Origin: Anolis carolinensis
Lineage: Eukaryota
Length of the DNA: 64,000 nt
Assembly: GCF_035594765.1 (NCBI RefSeq)
Contig: NC_085843.1
Location: 173,205,971-173,269,970, forward strand
Reading direction: 5' to 3'
The translations under genes were made by a program, and so were the position numbers. This document shows, piece after piece, positions 52,010 to 61,999 of the stretch (the first letter of the stretch is position 1; each line of letters opens with the position of its first letter). Under the pieces are notes generated by a model. That model ran no database searches, had not been told where the DNA came from, and saw only the letters and a program-made list of their open reading frames with translations.

Positions 52010-52724
52010 TGTATCCTACCTGCTTGTTGGGGCTCAGCAAGAGACTGGGGATTTCTCAGGTGATGAGGGTGATGATGTGTTTCCTACTGAGGAATCTGTG
52101 TGTGATCAAGGTGAAGTGATCAGAGAGAAGTGAAGATGAGATAGAGGTTGTTTTGGATTCCAATGGTCATTCCTTAGCAACAGGGGAAAAGTCAATTTCT
52201 CTTGGGAATCAGCCTTCAACTTATGGGGAGTTTTCCCACGATATCAGATTAGGTTCCTGCATGGAGGGAGTGAAGGATAGATTAATTAAACATTCAGAAA
52301 GACTCTGAGAGAAGTCCTTGAAACCCAGGTGTGTGAGGCATGATCTTGGTTGGGGTTGGGCTTAAATTGAGTGGTTTACTTGGTGTCTCTCAGAACAGAC
52401 AACGTTGCCAAAGGATTCAGGTTCCTGTTTCAGCTCCTAAGTTCATGATTCAAGTTTCCTGTTTTTGTCTATGTTCCTGAAAGGGTTTTGCCTTGAGAGT
52501 TATGGCTGTGAACTTGACTTCCTTGATTTCATGTACCTTGCCAATTATGGATTACTGCTCTTTTGTACAGGGACTGCTGCTATTTTATAACTCCTTTTCT
52601 ACTGCTCTTTTGGGAAATGCCCTTTCCCCCTTTATACATGCTTTTCTTAATAAACTGTTGTAATTGGTACTACTGGACTCTGATGTGGTTGGGTGAAAAG
52701 GTGTCTCAAGATTAGAGTACAACA
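52010..52724 (+). mobile_element. Old solo LTR (Gypsy-like)
   Basis: TGTA...CAACA termini, AATAAA at 52649, and the same layout as the other two solo LTRs. No TSD found. Confidence 0.6.
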
Positions 52725-54380
52725 CTGCAAAACCCTACAAAACTTGGTCTCCTGGATTTTACCTCTCCCATCCTGTCTCTAATGGGTTCATTCTTAACAA
52801 CTATGCTATTTTCAATTTATCCCTGCCATAACTCCTGTTGTTCTGATCTAATGTTTATCTCATTTTCTTAAGCCACTTCAGATAGCCATTTTCTACCCCT
52901 CTCCCTCTCCACTGTTGACCTCATCACACTCACTGGCTGTGCTTCACAATGGGAATATTGGTAGGTTTGAATAACAGGGTGGGGTAGTAATACACCACTT
53001 GGACACAGGCAAAAAGATCTCATACCTTTGAATACAGACATAAATCCAATAGTGCAAAGTGCACCCATGGGTCCAGAACTATTTTATCCAAACATTTTTA
53101 TACCAGGTAACCTTTCTGACTCTCTCAACTTTAAATTGTTTTACTCTGGGATTTATGCCATGTGTCTATGACTGCATTATATCTTTCTTGGTGTTAATTG
53201 TCAATGCATTTTAAATGGTAGTGGGGGTAGCAAAGATTATGTGCTATTATTAATCTGTTATAAGAAAGACAATAAAGATTGTAAACAACTGCTTTTATTC
53301 CACACATTTGAAATTTTGAGAAACATCTCTGCAATTTTAATTCATAAAATATGCTTCAGAAGTTCAAGAAACTGTGTGAATGGATGTTGTCTCCCTATAT
53401 GAGTTTGTGTGTCTATATGTAAATGCATACCTGCACAGGCACATATATGATCCTTTCTAGACAATAGTATCATTTAAATGACAATGATATAAATAATTTA
53501 TCCTTATTTTGGAGGAAATGCTCCAGCATATCAGGGAAATACAAGAAGCCATTTTCTATGTTATCCTGTTGGTAAATCAGTGGGTGCATGGAAGCTGCTT
53601 GTAATCGTAATCAGAAACAGAATCAACCTCAGGCATAATGAAGCTTTAACACATTAGGTACCTCATTAGGAATTAATATGTTGATTGGACCAAATTATAT
53701 ATGGTTTGATGTTTGAAGTCTTAAGAATCATCTCATTTTGAGATGTTCTACTTGATCTTTCTTCAGTGTTATGATATGAGAATCACACTGCTTCAGCAGA
53801 GTTATAGGTGAGATTACTTACATGATAGCTGTTCAGCTGTTATCTCTATCTTGATAAAGTTTGCCTTGGTTCATTTTTCTACAGGGTTATGCACTTCTTT
53901 TCCTGTGTGTAGTTCCAAAGCGAATAGGAGATAATAGGATTTTCAGTAGGAGCTTCAACAACAGGTTTTCCTGACTTTGAAGCTCTAATCTAACAATGTA
54001 TTGCAGCTTTATTGGTGAAACCAATGTAGACAACAGTCACGAAAAACTTGAAGAAAGTACAACTGAGCTTGTTTGTAGTGTTGCATTCTATTGGTTTCTT
54101 TGAGATCCTTAATTTTATCAGTTATTTTAGAATATGTGGCATATCTCCATATGAAAAGGCATGAAGTCCCAAGTGCATTAATCCGTCTCAAAGCCACATT
54201 GATATATACATTTTATTGGCTTACTTCTTACTAAGATGATAGGTTTTATCTTATCTGTACCATTTCAGAGAACTCACTGATGTATGCTATATGACATGCT
54301 CTCCAATAGCAAGCAGTCTGCCTTATTCTAAACCAGCTGAAGTTTCTGGAGACAGACCCATGCATAGCATATTCAATTAA

Positions 54381-54383
<3 letters not shown>

Positions 54384-54441
<58 letters not shown>
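54384..54441. repeat. (CA)n(TA)n compound microsatellite
   Basis: Directly visible. Confidence 0.95.
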
Positions 54442-54886
54442 TCCTAACATGCTGTGTTTCTCATGTCTATTCCAATTCCAAAATGTTGGACCATGCAGCT
54501 GCTAAGTAATATGTACTTAAAAAGTACATTCTCTAGCAGTATGCACATTTATGCAATGAGTTATGGATAAAATTGGCAAAATCACTTTTTAACAGAAACT
54601 ACAAATATTAAATATACCTGATGATTTTTAACATAACATAGTCCATCTTCTTCATGAGTAAAAAAAAACAAAAAAAAAAACAAGTCACTACTTGATGTTG
54701 CAGTCAAGTAATGAGGACTTAGGACCTCATCAGATGGGGTGAATTTAGCATCCGAGGATGCTTTTATCCCGTCTAGAGGATGGAGCCCTACACCTGACAT
54801 CACATGTCATCCTGTGACTTCCTTTGGAAGTCCCATTCCCAACCAGGGTGAAAGCATCACTGGATGCTTTTCCCCAAACACATGAT

Positions 54887-55250
54887 TGTCATGGAACCCA
54901 GTTACAGGGCTTTGGTAATTCAGCCCTGTAACTGGGAGTCATAACATAAACAATCCCAGGAGCACCTGGCAGAAGAAGATAGAATATGCCTGGGAACTTG
55001 GGGCCGAAAGTATAAACAATTATAATTGGTCTAGTGTGTGAAAATGGTAGTAATGTGATATTGGGGGTGGGACTTGATGATGATATTTACGTGTGGTGTT
55101 ACGTAGCATTAAAAGTTATAAAAATAGTTGTATGTAAACATTGAGTCATTCCTGACTTTTCCAAAGTCATGTGTTCTTCAATAAAGATTGGATTTGAGAG
55201 CAGCCATCTCTGATCTGCGTTCAGACTGATCCTTTGAAGTGAGCAGGACA
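54887..55250 (+). repeat. 5' LTR (TATA 55117-55124, AATAAA 55180-55185)
   Basis: Direct repeat of 60184-60547; no differences seen by eye. Confidence 0.97.
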
Positions 55251-55253
55251 ATT

Positions 55254-55264
55254 AAGTCAGGAAT
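55254..55264 (+). promoter_or_regulatory. Self-priming primer-binding site
   Basis: AAGTCAGGAAT is the exact complement of ATTCCTGACTT (55148-55158), which begins 31 nt after the start of the TATA box. No TGG-type tRNA PBS is present. Confidence 0.8.
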
Positions 55265-55303
55265 CCAGTTCTCACCCTCCTGCAAATTTGCAGTGAAGTG
55301 ATA

Positions 55304-58300
55304 ATGAGCAGGGAAGGAGATCAAAGCCATGACGGAGCAAAGGGGCCTCCGCTGGGAGCTCTGCCGTTGGCAGAAGAGACATTGCAAGCCATAGCTTCCT
55401 CTACGGGGTACCCCAAGCCGGACGGCGTGACCCAGAGGATTCCCAGAGGGGGAAGAGGTGTTCCGGCGGCGGCAGAAACCAGTTGGGGATCTGGAGGAAG
55501 CATGCCGGAGACCGTGGCCCTGCGGTTATCCATCCTGGAAACTCATTTATCCAGGCTGTCGGATACCGTGGGGAGAATAGTGCCAATATTGGAAGAGAAT
55601 CTCCAAAAAGAGCACATCCGATATGGCGCCGAGAGAGAGCCAAGCAAAGGAGGCGATTGGAGCCAGAGGGGACAGCGAGCTTCAACGCAGAGTCCCGCGG
55701 CGGCAAGGGACGAGGGAGACGAGGAATATTGGCAGGAGCTGGAGTTCAGAGACAGAATGGCACGCGAAGTGGAGCGCCAGCGAGCTCTGGGAACTCTGAG
55801 GCCGCCATCTCCAACAGAGCTCCCAACCCCCCGGATGGGCGTCGGGGTGGAAAGACCACTGGGGCCAGGGATCGGGTCCAGTGGATTAGCAGACGAAGGC
55901 GGAGAGGAGCAGGAGATCCAGGAAGAGGAGGAGGATGTGCCGTACGACGGGGAAAGGCGAGATGCGGGGGCTACAGCGAGGCCAGTATGCGGATGGGGGG
56001 AAGGGCCGACAGCGGCGGCAGGATTTCGGGAGCCGCGCAGAATGACCACCGGAGTGGGGCGCGGCGTGATCCAAGGAAACCCGATGCAACCCTTCCCCAT
56101 GCCTCCCAGACAGCATCAACGGGCCGCTGAATGGATGCCAAGAAGGGAAGATCTCAAGCTAGAATACGGAGGGGAATCAGCCGAACTGAACTTTTTTCTA
56201 ATTAGCATCAGGGGATACATGGAAGACAATGCACACACATTCCCCTCCGAAGCAAGCAGGGTTCGGGCCATCGGCAACACACTAAAGAGAGGAGCGGCCA
56301 GCTGGTATGTGCAACTACATGCCAGACAGGACCCATGCCTGAGGTCAGTGCCCCGCTTCCTCGCCGCACTGGAAAACCGGTTCAGAGACCGGCTAGAGCA
56401 ATTGAGGGCTCGAGACCAGCTGAAAGGAATAAAGCAGAGGGACAAAACGGTACCCGAGTACGCAGAGGAATTCCTCCACCTCGCGGAAAGGGTACCAGAG
56501 TGGTCTGAAGTGACCAAAGTGGAATTATTTAAAGAGGGACTACGCCCCGAGATTTTCAGCTGGGCAGCGCACAGAGATGACCCCGAAACGCTCCAGGGAT
56601 GGATTCAACTAGCGGGGCGCGTTGAATCCACCCTGGCCCAAGTAAAGCGCTTCAGGAGCAGCGGCGGCCAGCAAAGACCGGTGGCGAGAGGTCGAGGAGA
56701 AACGAGGAAGCAGGAAAGACCCGGAGGGAGGCCGGGGATTCCCTCCAGAGGAGACGACAACAAACCTAAACCGGGATGCTTTGTATGTGGGAAGACGGGC
56801 CATCGAGCAGCAGAATGCTGGGCACGGAAGGGGGAGCCGCCAAAACCCTCAAAGCCCAAGCCAGCAACCGGGAGGCGTGCGGAGGAGGAGGTGCAAGCCC
56901 TAGAATCTTCAGAAAAATTGGTGAGTCGGGACAAACGCATGATAGTAGTGCCAATCTGCCTCTCGGGGCTAGAGAATCGGGCCACCTGCAAGGCATTTGC
57001 GGATTGTGGTTGTTCCAGGAATATTATAACTCCAGAGTTAGCAGGAGCGTTGAAATGCCAGCAGATGGCGCTTGACTCCCCAATTGCGTTTTCGCAGCTA
57101 GACGGATCAGTTGCTACTGGGGAAGTATCTACAAAGGAAATACGGGAGGTCCCATGTAAAATAGGCAAATGGGAAGGAAGAATATCCTTTGTGATAGCCC
57201 CTATTGCCACATACCACGTAATATTAGGGATACCATGGCTCGAACAGGCAAATCCCGAAGTAGATTGGAGAGGAAAGAGCCTAGCATTTAAAGAACAGCA
57301 GACGCAATGGGAGATAAGCAAGATTGCAGAAGAGGAGGACGAGGGAGATGAAGAAGGTGAAATAGACCCACTGCTATTGCCACCTGAATACAGAGACTTT
57401 GTGGATGTGTTTAATCAGAAAGAGGCAAGTAAATTACCTCCCAAAAGGAATATAGAAGTAGAAATTGAAATAACCCCCGGAGCAAACTTACCAAAACCAA
57501 AAGTGTATCCCATGTCTGTGCAGGAGAAGGAGGAATTGAGGAAATACATTGATAAAAACCTGGCGCGGGGCTTCATTAAGCCATCCAATTCTCCTCTCGG
57601 GGCCCCAGTGTTATTCAGGAGAAAGAAAGACAACTCCCTAAGATTGTGCATTGATTATCGAAATTTAAATGCAATTACTAAGGACAATAAATACCCTATG
57701 CCCTTAGTAAAGGATTTAATTACCGTATTGAAAAAAGGGAGCATATTTACTAAACTTGATTTAATTGAAGCATATCATAAATTAAGAATCAAACCGGAGG
57801 ATACTTGGAAAACTGCATTTTCCTGCGCATTCGGCCATTTTGAATATAAAATTTTACCTTTCGGATTAAAAAATGGAGGCGGGTGCTTTATGCAGCTTAT
57901 AAATGAAATACTGCACCCATTGTTGTACAGAGGGGTATTCATATTTCTTGATGATATCTTGATTGTGACTGAAGATAAGGAAAAGCACGTGAAATTGGTC
58001 TGGGAAGTTTTGCAGAGACTAAGAGAAGCAAAGCTGTACGCAAAACTGTCCAAATGTGAATTTAATAAAACTCAAATTGACTTTCTGGGGTATCGGATAT
58101 CTCCAGAAGGGTTAGCTATGGATCCAGCTAAAGTATCAGATGTAAAAGAATGGGGAGTGCCTCAAACAAGGAGGCAATTGCAATCGTTTCTGGGGTTTGC
58201 AAATTTTTATAGATCCTTCATAAAAGGCTTCGCGCAAATAACCGCACCCCTTACTGAACTTTTAAAAACAAAAGGGAAAGGAGAGACAGCAAAAGTAAAA

Positions 58301-60112
58301 GCTCCTGGCGCCAAACTAAGTTGGACGCCAGAATGCCAAAAGGCATTTGAAACCCTAAAAGAATGCTTCACAGAAGGACCCATTCTAAAACACCCCGATA
58401 TCAGGAGCCCTTTCATAATCCATTGCGATGCCTCAGACTGTGCGTATGGGGCAGTACTATTGCAAAAGGATCAAAATGGGAACTTAAAACCCTGTGGATA
58501 TTTGTCCCGGAAGTTCAGCGAAACTGAAAAATGTTGGCCGATATGGGAAAAAGAGGCACTAGCCATATTAAAAGCCTTAGAATGCTGGCGACACTTTCTC
58601 GAAGGAAGCGGAATCCCATTTGAAATTTGGTCTGACCATAAGAACCTCCAGTATTTAAAGTCCCCTCGAAAATTGTCCCCCAAACAGATTAGATGGGCAC
58701 AATACTTCAGCAGGTTCGATTTCCAATTAAAGTTTTTTCAAGGGAAGCAGAATGTCTTGGCAGATGCTCTTTCATGCATGCCTCAACACGAAGGAATACC
58801 CACAGCAAAAGAGGGAACAATATTCTCTGACAAACAATGGGGCTTAGCTGTCAGAACAAGAGCACAAACCCAAAAGGAGAACACTGCTATGGTTGAACTC
58901 GACGGAAAAGATAATTGGGGAAACGAGCTGAAACAGTCTTATGAAGGAGACCAGTGGATCGCATCCAATGCAGAACAGGGGGAGCAGAAGGGGGGATTTT
59001 GGTTTGTGAACAAGAAACTGTATATCCCAGCAACATTAAGGATCAAGATTTTGCATCGTTTTCACAACAACCAGAGCGCTGGTCATACAGGAATTACAAA
59101 AACAACAAAAGCAATAGCAAAACATTGCTGGTGGCCAGGGATGAGGAAGGACATAAAAAATTATGTTGTTCAATGTGATGATTGTGCCAGAAATAAATCG
59201 AGAGGAGGGAAGCCAATGGGATTATTACAAACAGTAGCAGAACCTACCAGACCTTGGGAATGTGTAGCTATGGACTTTGTGGGGGAACTACCGGTTAGCA
59301 AAGGACATCGTTATATTTGGACAGTATTGGACCTGTTTTCTAAACAGGCCCACTTTATAGCACTGACGAAACTACCATCAGCCGAGAAACTAGCTGAATT
59401 GTACATAAACCACATTTACAAACTGCATGGATGTCCCAGTAGAGTGGTCAGTGACAGAGGAGTACAATTCACAGCAAAATTTTGGGAAAAATTCCTGGAA
59501 ATGCTAGGAGCAGAAAGGAGTTTAAGTTCTGCTTTTCACCCCATGACAAATGGGGCGGTAGAACGTACTCAGCAGACACTTGGGCAGTTCCTTCGAATGT
59601 ACTCTAACATGAGACAAAATGACTGGTCTCGGTGGTTGGCTTTTGCAGAACTAGCTTTTAATTCGGCTATACATTCAGCAACAAATAAAACCCCCTTTGA
59701 AGTAGTTTACGGGTATGAAATACAGCCTCTGCCCCAGCTGCCAAGATGGACAGAGAATGAGGGAACAGAGGCAGGGAAATGGAAAGCGCAAATGATGGAA
59801 TGCTGGAGTCAAGTGACTGCATCCTTAAAAGAAGCACATAAAAAGTATAAAGTATTCGCAGACAGAAAGAGGGTGGAAGGTGATAAATTGGAGAAAGGAG
59901 ATTTAGTGTGGCTAAGTACTCAAAACATCAAACTGGGGCTACCTTCGAAAAAATTGGGCCCTAAATATATTGGACCATTTAGAATACAGGGTGTTATCAA
60001 CGAGGTGACTTTCCAGTTGGCATTGCCAAAAAGTTTAGGGAAAATACACCCTGTATTCCATCGTAGCTTACTGAAAAAATATATGGGTACTTTGGACAAA
60101 ATGGACACATAG
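55304..60112 (+). CDS. gag-pol: Gag-Pol polyprotein (1602 aa from the first ATG), uninterrupted
   Basis: Capsid-like region ..FPSEASRV..GAASWY; zinc knuckle CFVCGKTGHRAAEC; protease FADCGC; RT LCIDYR, LPFGL, FLDD; RNase H CDAS, EKE, SDH, ADALS; integrase H..GH..CDDC, MDF, SDRG, VER and GPF. Confidence 0.97.
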   Translation: MSREGDQSHDGAKGPPLGALPLAEETLQAIASSTGYPKPDGVTQRIPRGGRGVPAAAETSWGSGGSMPETVALRLSILETHLSRLSDTVGRIVPILEENLQKEHIRYGAEREPSKGGDWSQRGQRASTQSPAAARDEGDEEYWQELEFRDRMAREVERQRALGTLRPPSPTELPTPRMGVGVERPLGPGIGSSGLADEGGEEQEIQEEEEDVPYDGERRDAGATARPVCGWGEGPTAAAGFREPRRMTTGVGRGVIQGNPMQPFPMPPRQHQRAAEWMPRREDLKLEYGGESAELNFFLISIRGYMEDNAHTFPSEASRVRAIGNTLKRGAASWYVQLHARQDPCLRSVPRFLAALENRFRDRLEQLRARDQLKGIKQRDKTVPEYAEEFLHLAERVPEWSEVTKVELFKEGLRPEIFSWAAHRDDPETLQGWIQLAGRVESTLAQVKRFRSSGGQQRPVARGRGETRKQERPGGRPGIPSRGDDNKPKPGCFVCGKTGHRAAECWARKGEPPKPSKPKPATGRRAEEEVQALESSEKLVSRDKRMIVVPICLSGLENRATCKAFADCGCSRNIITPELAGALKCQQMALDSPIAFSQLDGSVATGEVSTKEIREVPCKIGKWEGRISFVIAPIATYHVILGIPWLEQANPEVDWRGKSLAFKEQQTQWEISKIAEEEDEGDEEGEIDPLLLPPEYRDFVDVFNQKEASKLPPKRNIEVEIEITPGANLPKPKVYPMSVQEKEELRKYIDKNLARGFIKPSNSPLGAPVLFRRKKDNSLRLCIDYRNLNAITKDNKYPMPLVKDLITVLKKGSIFTKLDLIEAYHKLRIKPEDTWKTAFSCAFGHFEYKILPFGLKNGGGCFMQLINEILHPLLYRGVFIFLDDILIVTEDKEKHVKLVWEVLQRLREAKLYAKLSKCEFNKTQIDFLGYRISPEGLAMDPAKVSDVKEWGVPQTRRQLQSFLGFANFYRSFIKGFAQITAPLTELLKTKGKGETAKVKAPGAKLSWTPECQKAFETLKECFTEGPILKHPDIRSPFIIHCDASDCAYGAVLLQKDQNGNLKPCGYLSRKFSETEKCWPIWEKEALAILKALECWRHFLEGSGIPFEIWSDHKNLQYLKSPRKLSPKQIRWAQYFSRFDFQLKFFQGKQNVLADALSCMPQHEGIPTAKEGTIFSDKQWGLAVRTRAQTQKENTAMVELDGKDNWGNELKQSYEGDQWIASNAEQGEQKGGFWFVNKKLYIPATLRIKILHRFHNNQSAGHTGITKTTKAIAKHCWWPGMRKDIKNYVVQCDDCARNKSRGGKPMGLLQTVAEPTRPWECVAMDFVGELPVSKGHRYIWTVLDLFSKQAHFIALTKLPSAEKLAELYINHIYKLHGCPSRVVSDRGVQFTAKFWEKFLEMLGAERSLSSAFHPMTNGAVERTQQTLGQFLRMYSNMRQNDWSRWLAFAELAFNSAIHSATNKTPFEVVYGYEIQPLPQLPRWTENEGTEAGKWKAQMMECWSQVTASLKEAHKKYKVFADRKRVEGDKLEKGDLVWLSTQNIKLGLPSKKLGPKYIGPFRIQGVINEVTFQLALPKSLGKIHPVFHRSLLKKYMGTLDKMDT

Positions 60113-60152
60113 AATTATTGTTTTGTTTCAGGCTTGTGATGAAAGAAGAACC

Positions 60153-60178
60153 GAAGAGGAGGACGAAGAAAAGGAGGG
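60153..60178 (+). promoter_or_regulatory. Polypurine tract
   Basis: GAAGAGGAGGACGAAGAAAAGGAGGG ends 5 nt before the 3' LTR. Confidence 0.8.
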
Positions 60179-60183
60179 CACCA

Positions 60184-60547
60184 TGTCATGGAACCCAGTT
60201 ACAGGGCTTTGGTAATTCAGCCCTGTAACTGGGAGTCATAACATAAACAATCCCAGGAGCACCTGGCAGAAGAAGATAGAATATGCCTGGGAACTTGGGG
60301 CCGAAAGTATAAACAATTATAATTGGTCTAGTGTGTGAAAATGGTAGTAATGTGATATTGGGGGTGGGACTTGATGATGATATTTACGTGTGGTGTTACG
60401 TAGCATTAAAAGTTATAAAAATAGTTGTATGTAAACATTGAGTCATTCCTGACTTTTCCAAAGTCATGTGTTCTTCAATAAAGATTGGATTTGAGAGCAG
60501 CCATCTCTGATCTGCGTTCAGACTGATCCTTTGAAGTGAGCAGGACA
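60184..60547 (+). repeat. 3' LTR
   Basis: Direct repeat of 54887-55250. Confidence 0.97.
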
Positions 60548-61771
60548 CATGATGCTTTCTGTGTTATACTGGCTTCAATGGAGCCAGGAAGGGGCCTCGC
60601 TGGGAGGGTGACACTTTCTCCATGTGAAGAGGAAAGCATGATTTTAAGGGAGCTGTGCACATGGTGACAGATTCACCCTGCTGTCCCCCTCTTTCCTCCC
60701 TCTACGAGGCCCTAAAATGTACGAATGGGTGCATACCTCCTTTATAGTTATCTATTCAGTTCTTCCTCTGGATTGCCACTTAGGGCTACATCTAATAAAA
60801 TAGCACCATTAAATGAATTAAACTTGTATAAATGTTGACTTTGAAAATCTATAGATTCAATGGATCTGCTCTAATCAACACCTACAATTGGATTTAGCTC
60901 TAAGAATTAAACAGAAAGGCTTGGATAAGGGCTAGCAATTATTCTCTTAATGAACCAGCTGTTTGGAAAGATAGATGTTTCTGTTTTTCTTGGACTTTTC
61001 TAGGTCCTTTGGTTTTAAAGTTATTTGGATCTTCATCCCAAAACTTTATTAGCACCAATTTCTTCTCATTCGCCCCCTGCTCCCTGGACAAATAGGTCAA
61101 AGTACCTTTTTTTAGGTATTTAATTTATCCCCCTTGGCTGAGCATTCCCCAATACAGCCAGATTATTAAGAACAAACTTTCTCAGAAAGTTTTATATAAC
61201 ATTTTGTGACTACACAAGCTGAATGCTTAGGAGCAATTAGATCTAGGAAGAATCTCAATATACACAGCTCCACAGGAAACACTGATGCCAAAGGCTAGAA
61301 AGAATATTCTTGAAAAAGCCATTGATGTAATAGGCCTATGTAAAATATGAACAACAAGGCAAGGTATGGTCAGATCAGCATTTAGCTTGGGGTGGGTCAC
61401 TGTCAGAGAATGGTGGTGATATTGTTCCCTAGGAAACTTTGGAAGGCTGCAAACCCTGCCATAGTCGCCATAAAAACATCACAAATGTCCCCAAACACCC
61501 TCTGGGACATTTTACTGTTGCACAAGATAAGACAAGGAGGGAAGGGGTGGTGGAAAGTACAGACAGAGGAACGCAAGAAACAGGATGGGCAGGAATATGA
61601 TGTAAGTTCAAGGTGCCAAAAGGAAGAAGATTAGTGCACCCCAAGTCTAAAGAAAGGAAGTATTGTAAAAGCATAAGGTAGGGCAATAAAAGATAGCAAG
61701 AGAGAAAGTGAGGGGTGCTGGAATGATGCAAAGAGAACAAGAAATAAATATCAAATGAAGCATTGGTAAGA

Positions 61772-61901
61772 TGTGTTGTCGAAGGCTTTCATGGCCGGGA
61801 TCACAGGGTTGTTGTATGTCTTTCGGGCTGTGTGGCCATGTTCCAGAAGTATTCTCTCCTGACGTTTCACCCACATCTATGGCAGGCAACCTCAGAGGCT
61901 G
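61772..61901. mobile_element. Penelope-like element terminal fragment
   Basis: TGTGTTGTCGAAGGCTTTCATGGCCGGGATCAC..CTCCTGACGTTTC.CCCACATCTATGGCAGGCA.CCTCAGAGG is recognised as a squamate Penelope terminal repeat. Confidence 0.75.
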
Positions 61902-61999
61902 TGTGGCATCCATGTCTCTCTGTGTGTGGCATCCATGTGGCTCTCCAAGTTCACTTGGAAGCATCAGGGTGTCAGCATTCCGAAATTATCTATCTTTAA

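Larger units (their letters stand above)
54887..60547 (+). mobile_element. Full-length Ty3/Gypsy LTR retrotransposon, Tf1/sushi-like
   Basis: Two 364-bp LTRs (TGT...ACA), CATGAT on both flanks, a single gag-PR-RT-RH-IN ORF, and a PPT before the 3' LTR. Confidence 0.98.

Noticed and set aside
55251-55270. tRNA primer-binding site
   Set aside because: No TGG start complementary to tRNA CCA; intramolecular complementarity explains the site better.
56880-56960. Programmed -1 frameshift or readthrough between gag and pol
   Set aside because: Gag and pol are in the same frame with no intervening stop.
55321-58683. Alternative-frame and antisense ORFs (up to 238 aa) in the Gypsy element
   Set aside because: Expected in GC-rich coding DNA; no motifs or independent expression signals.
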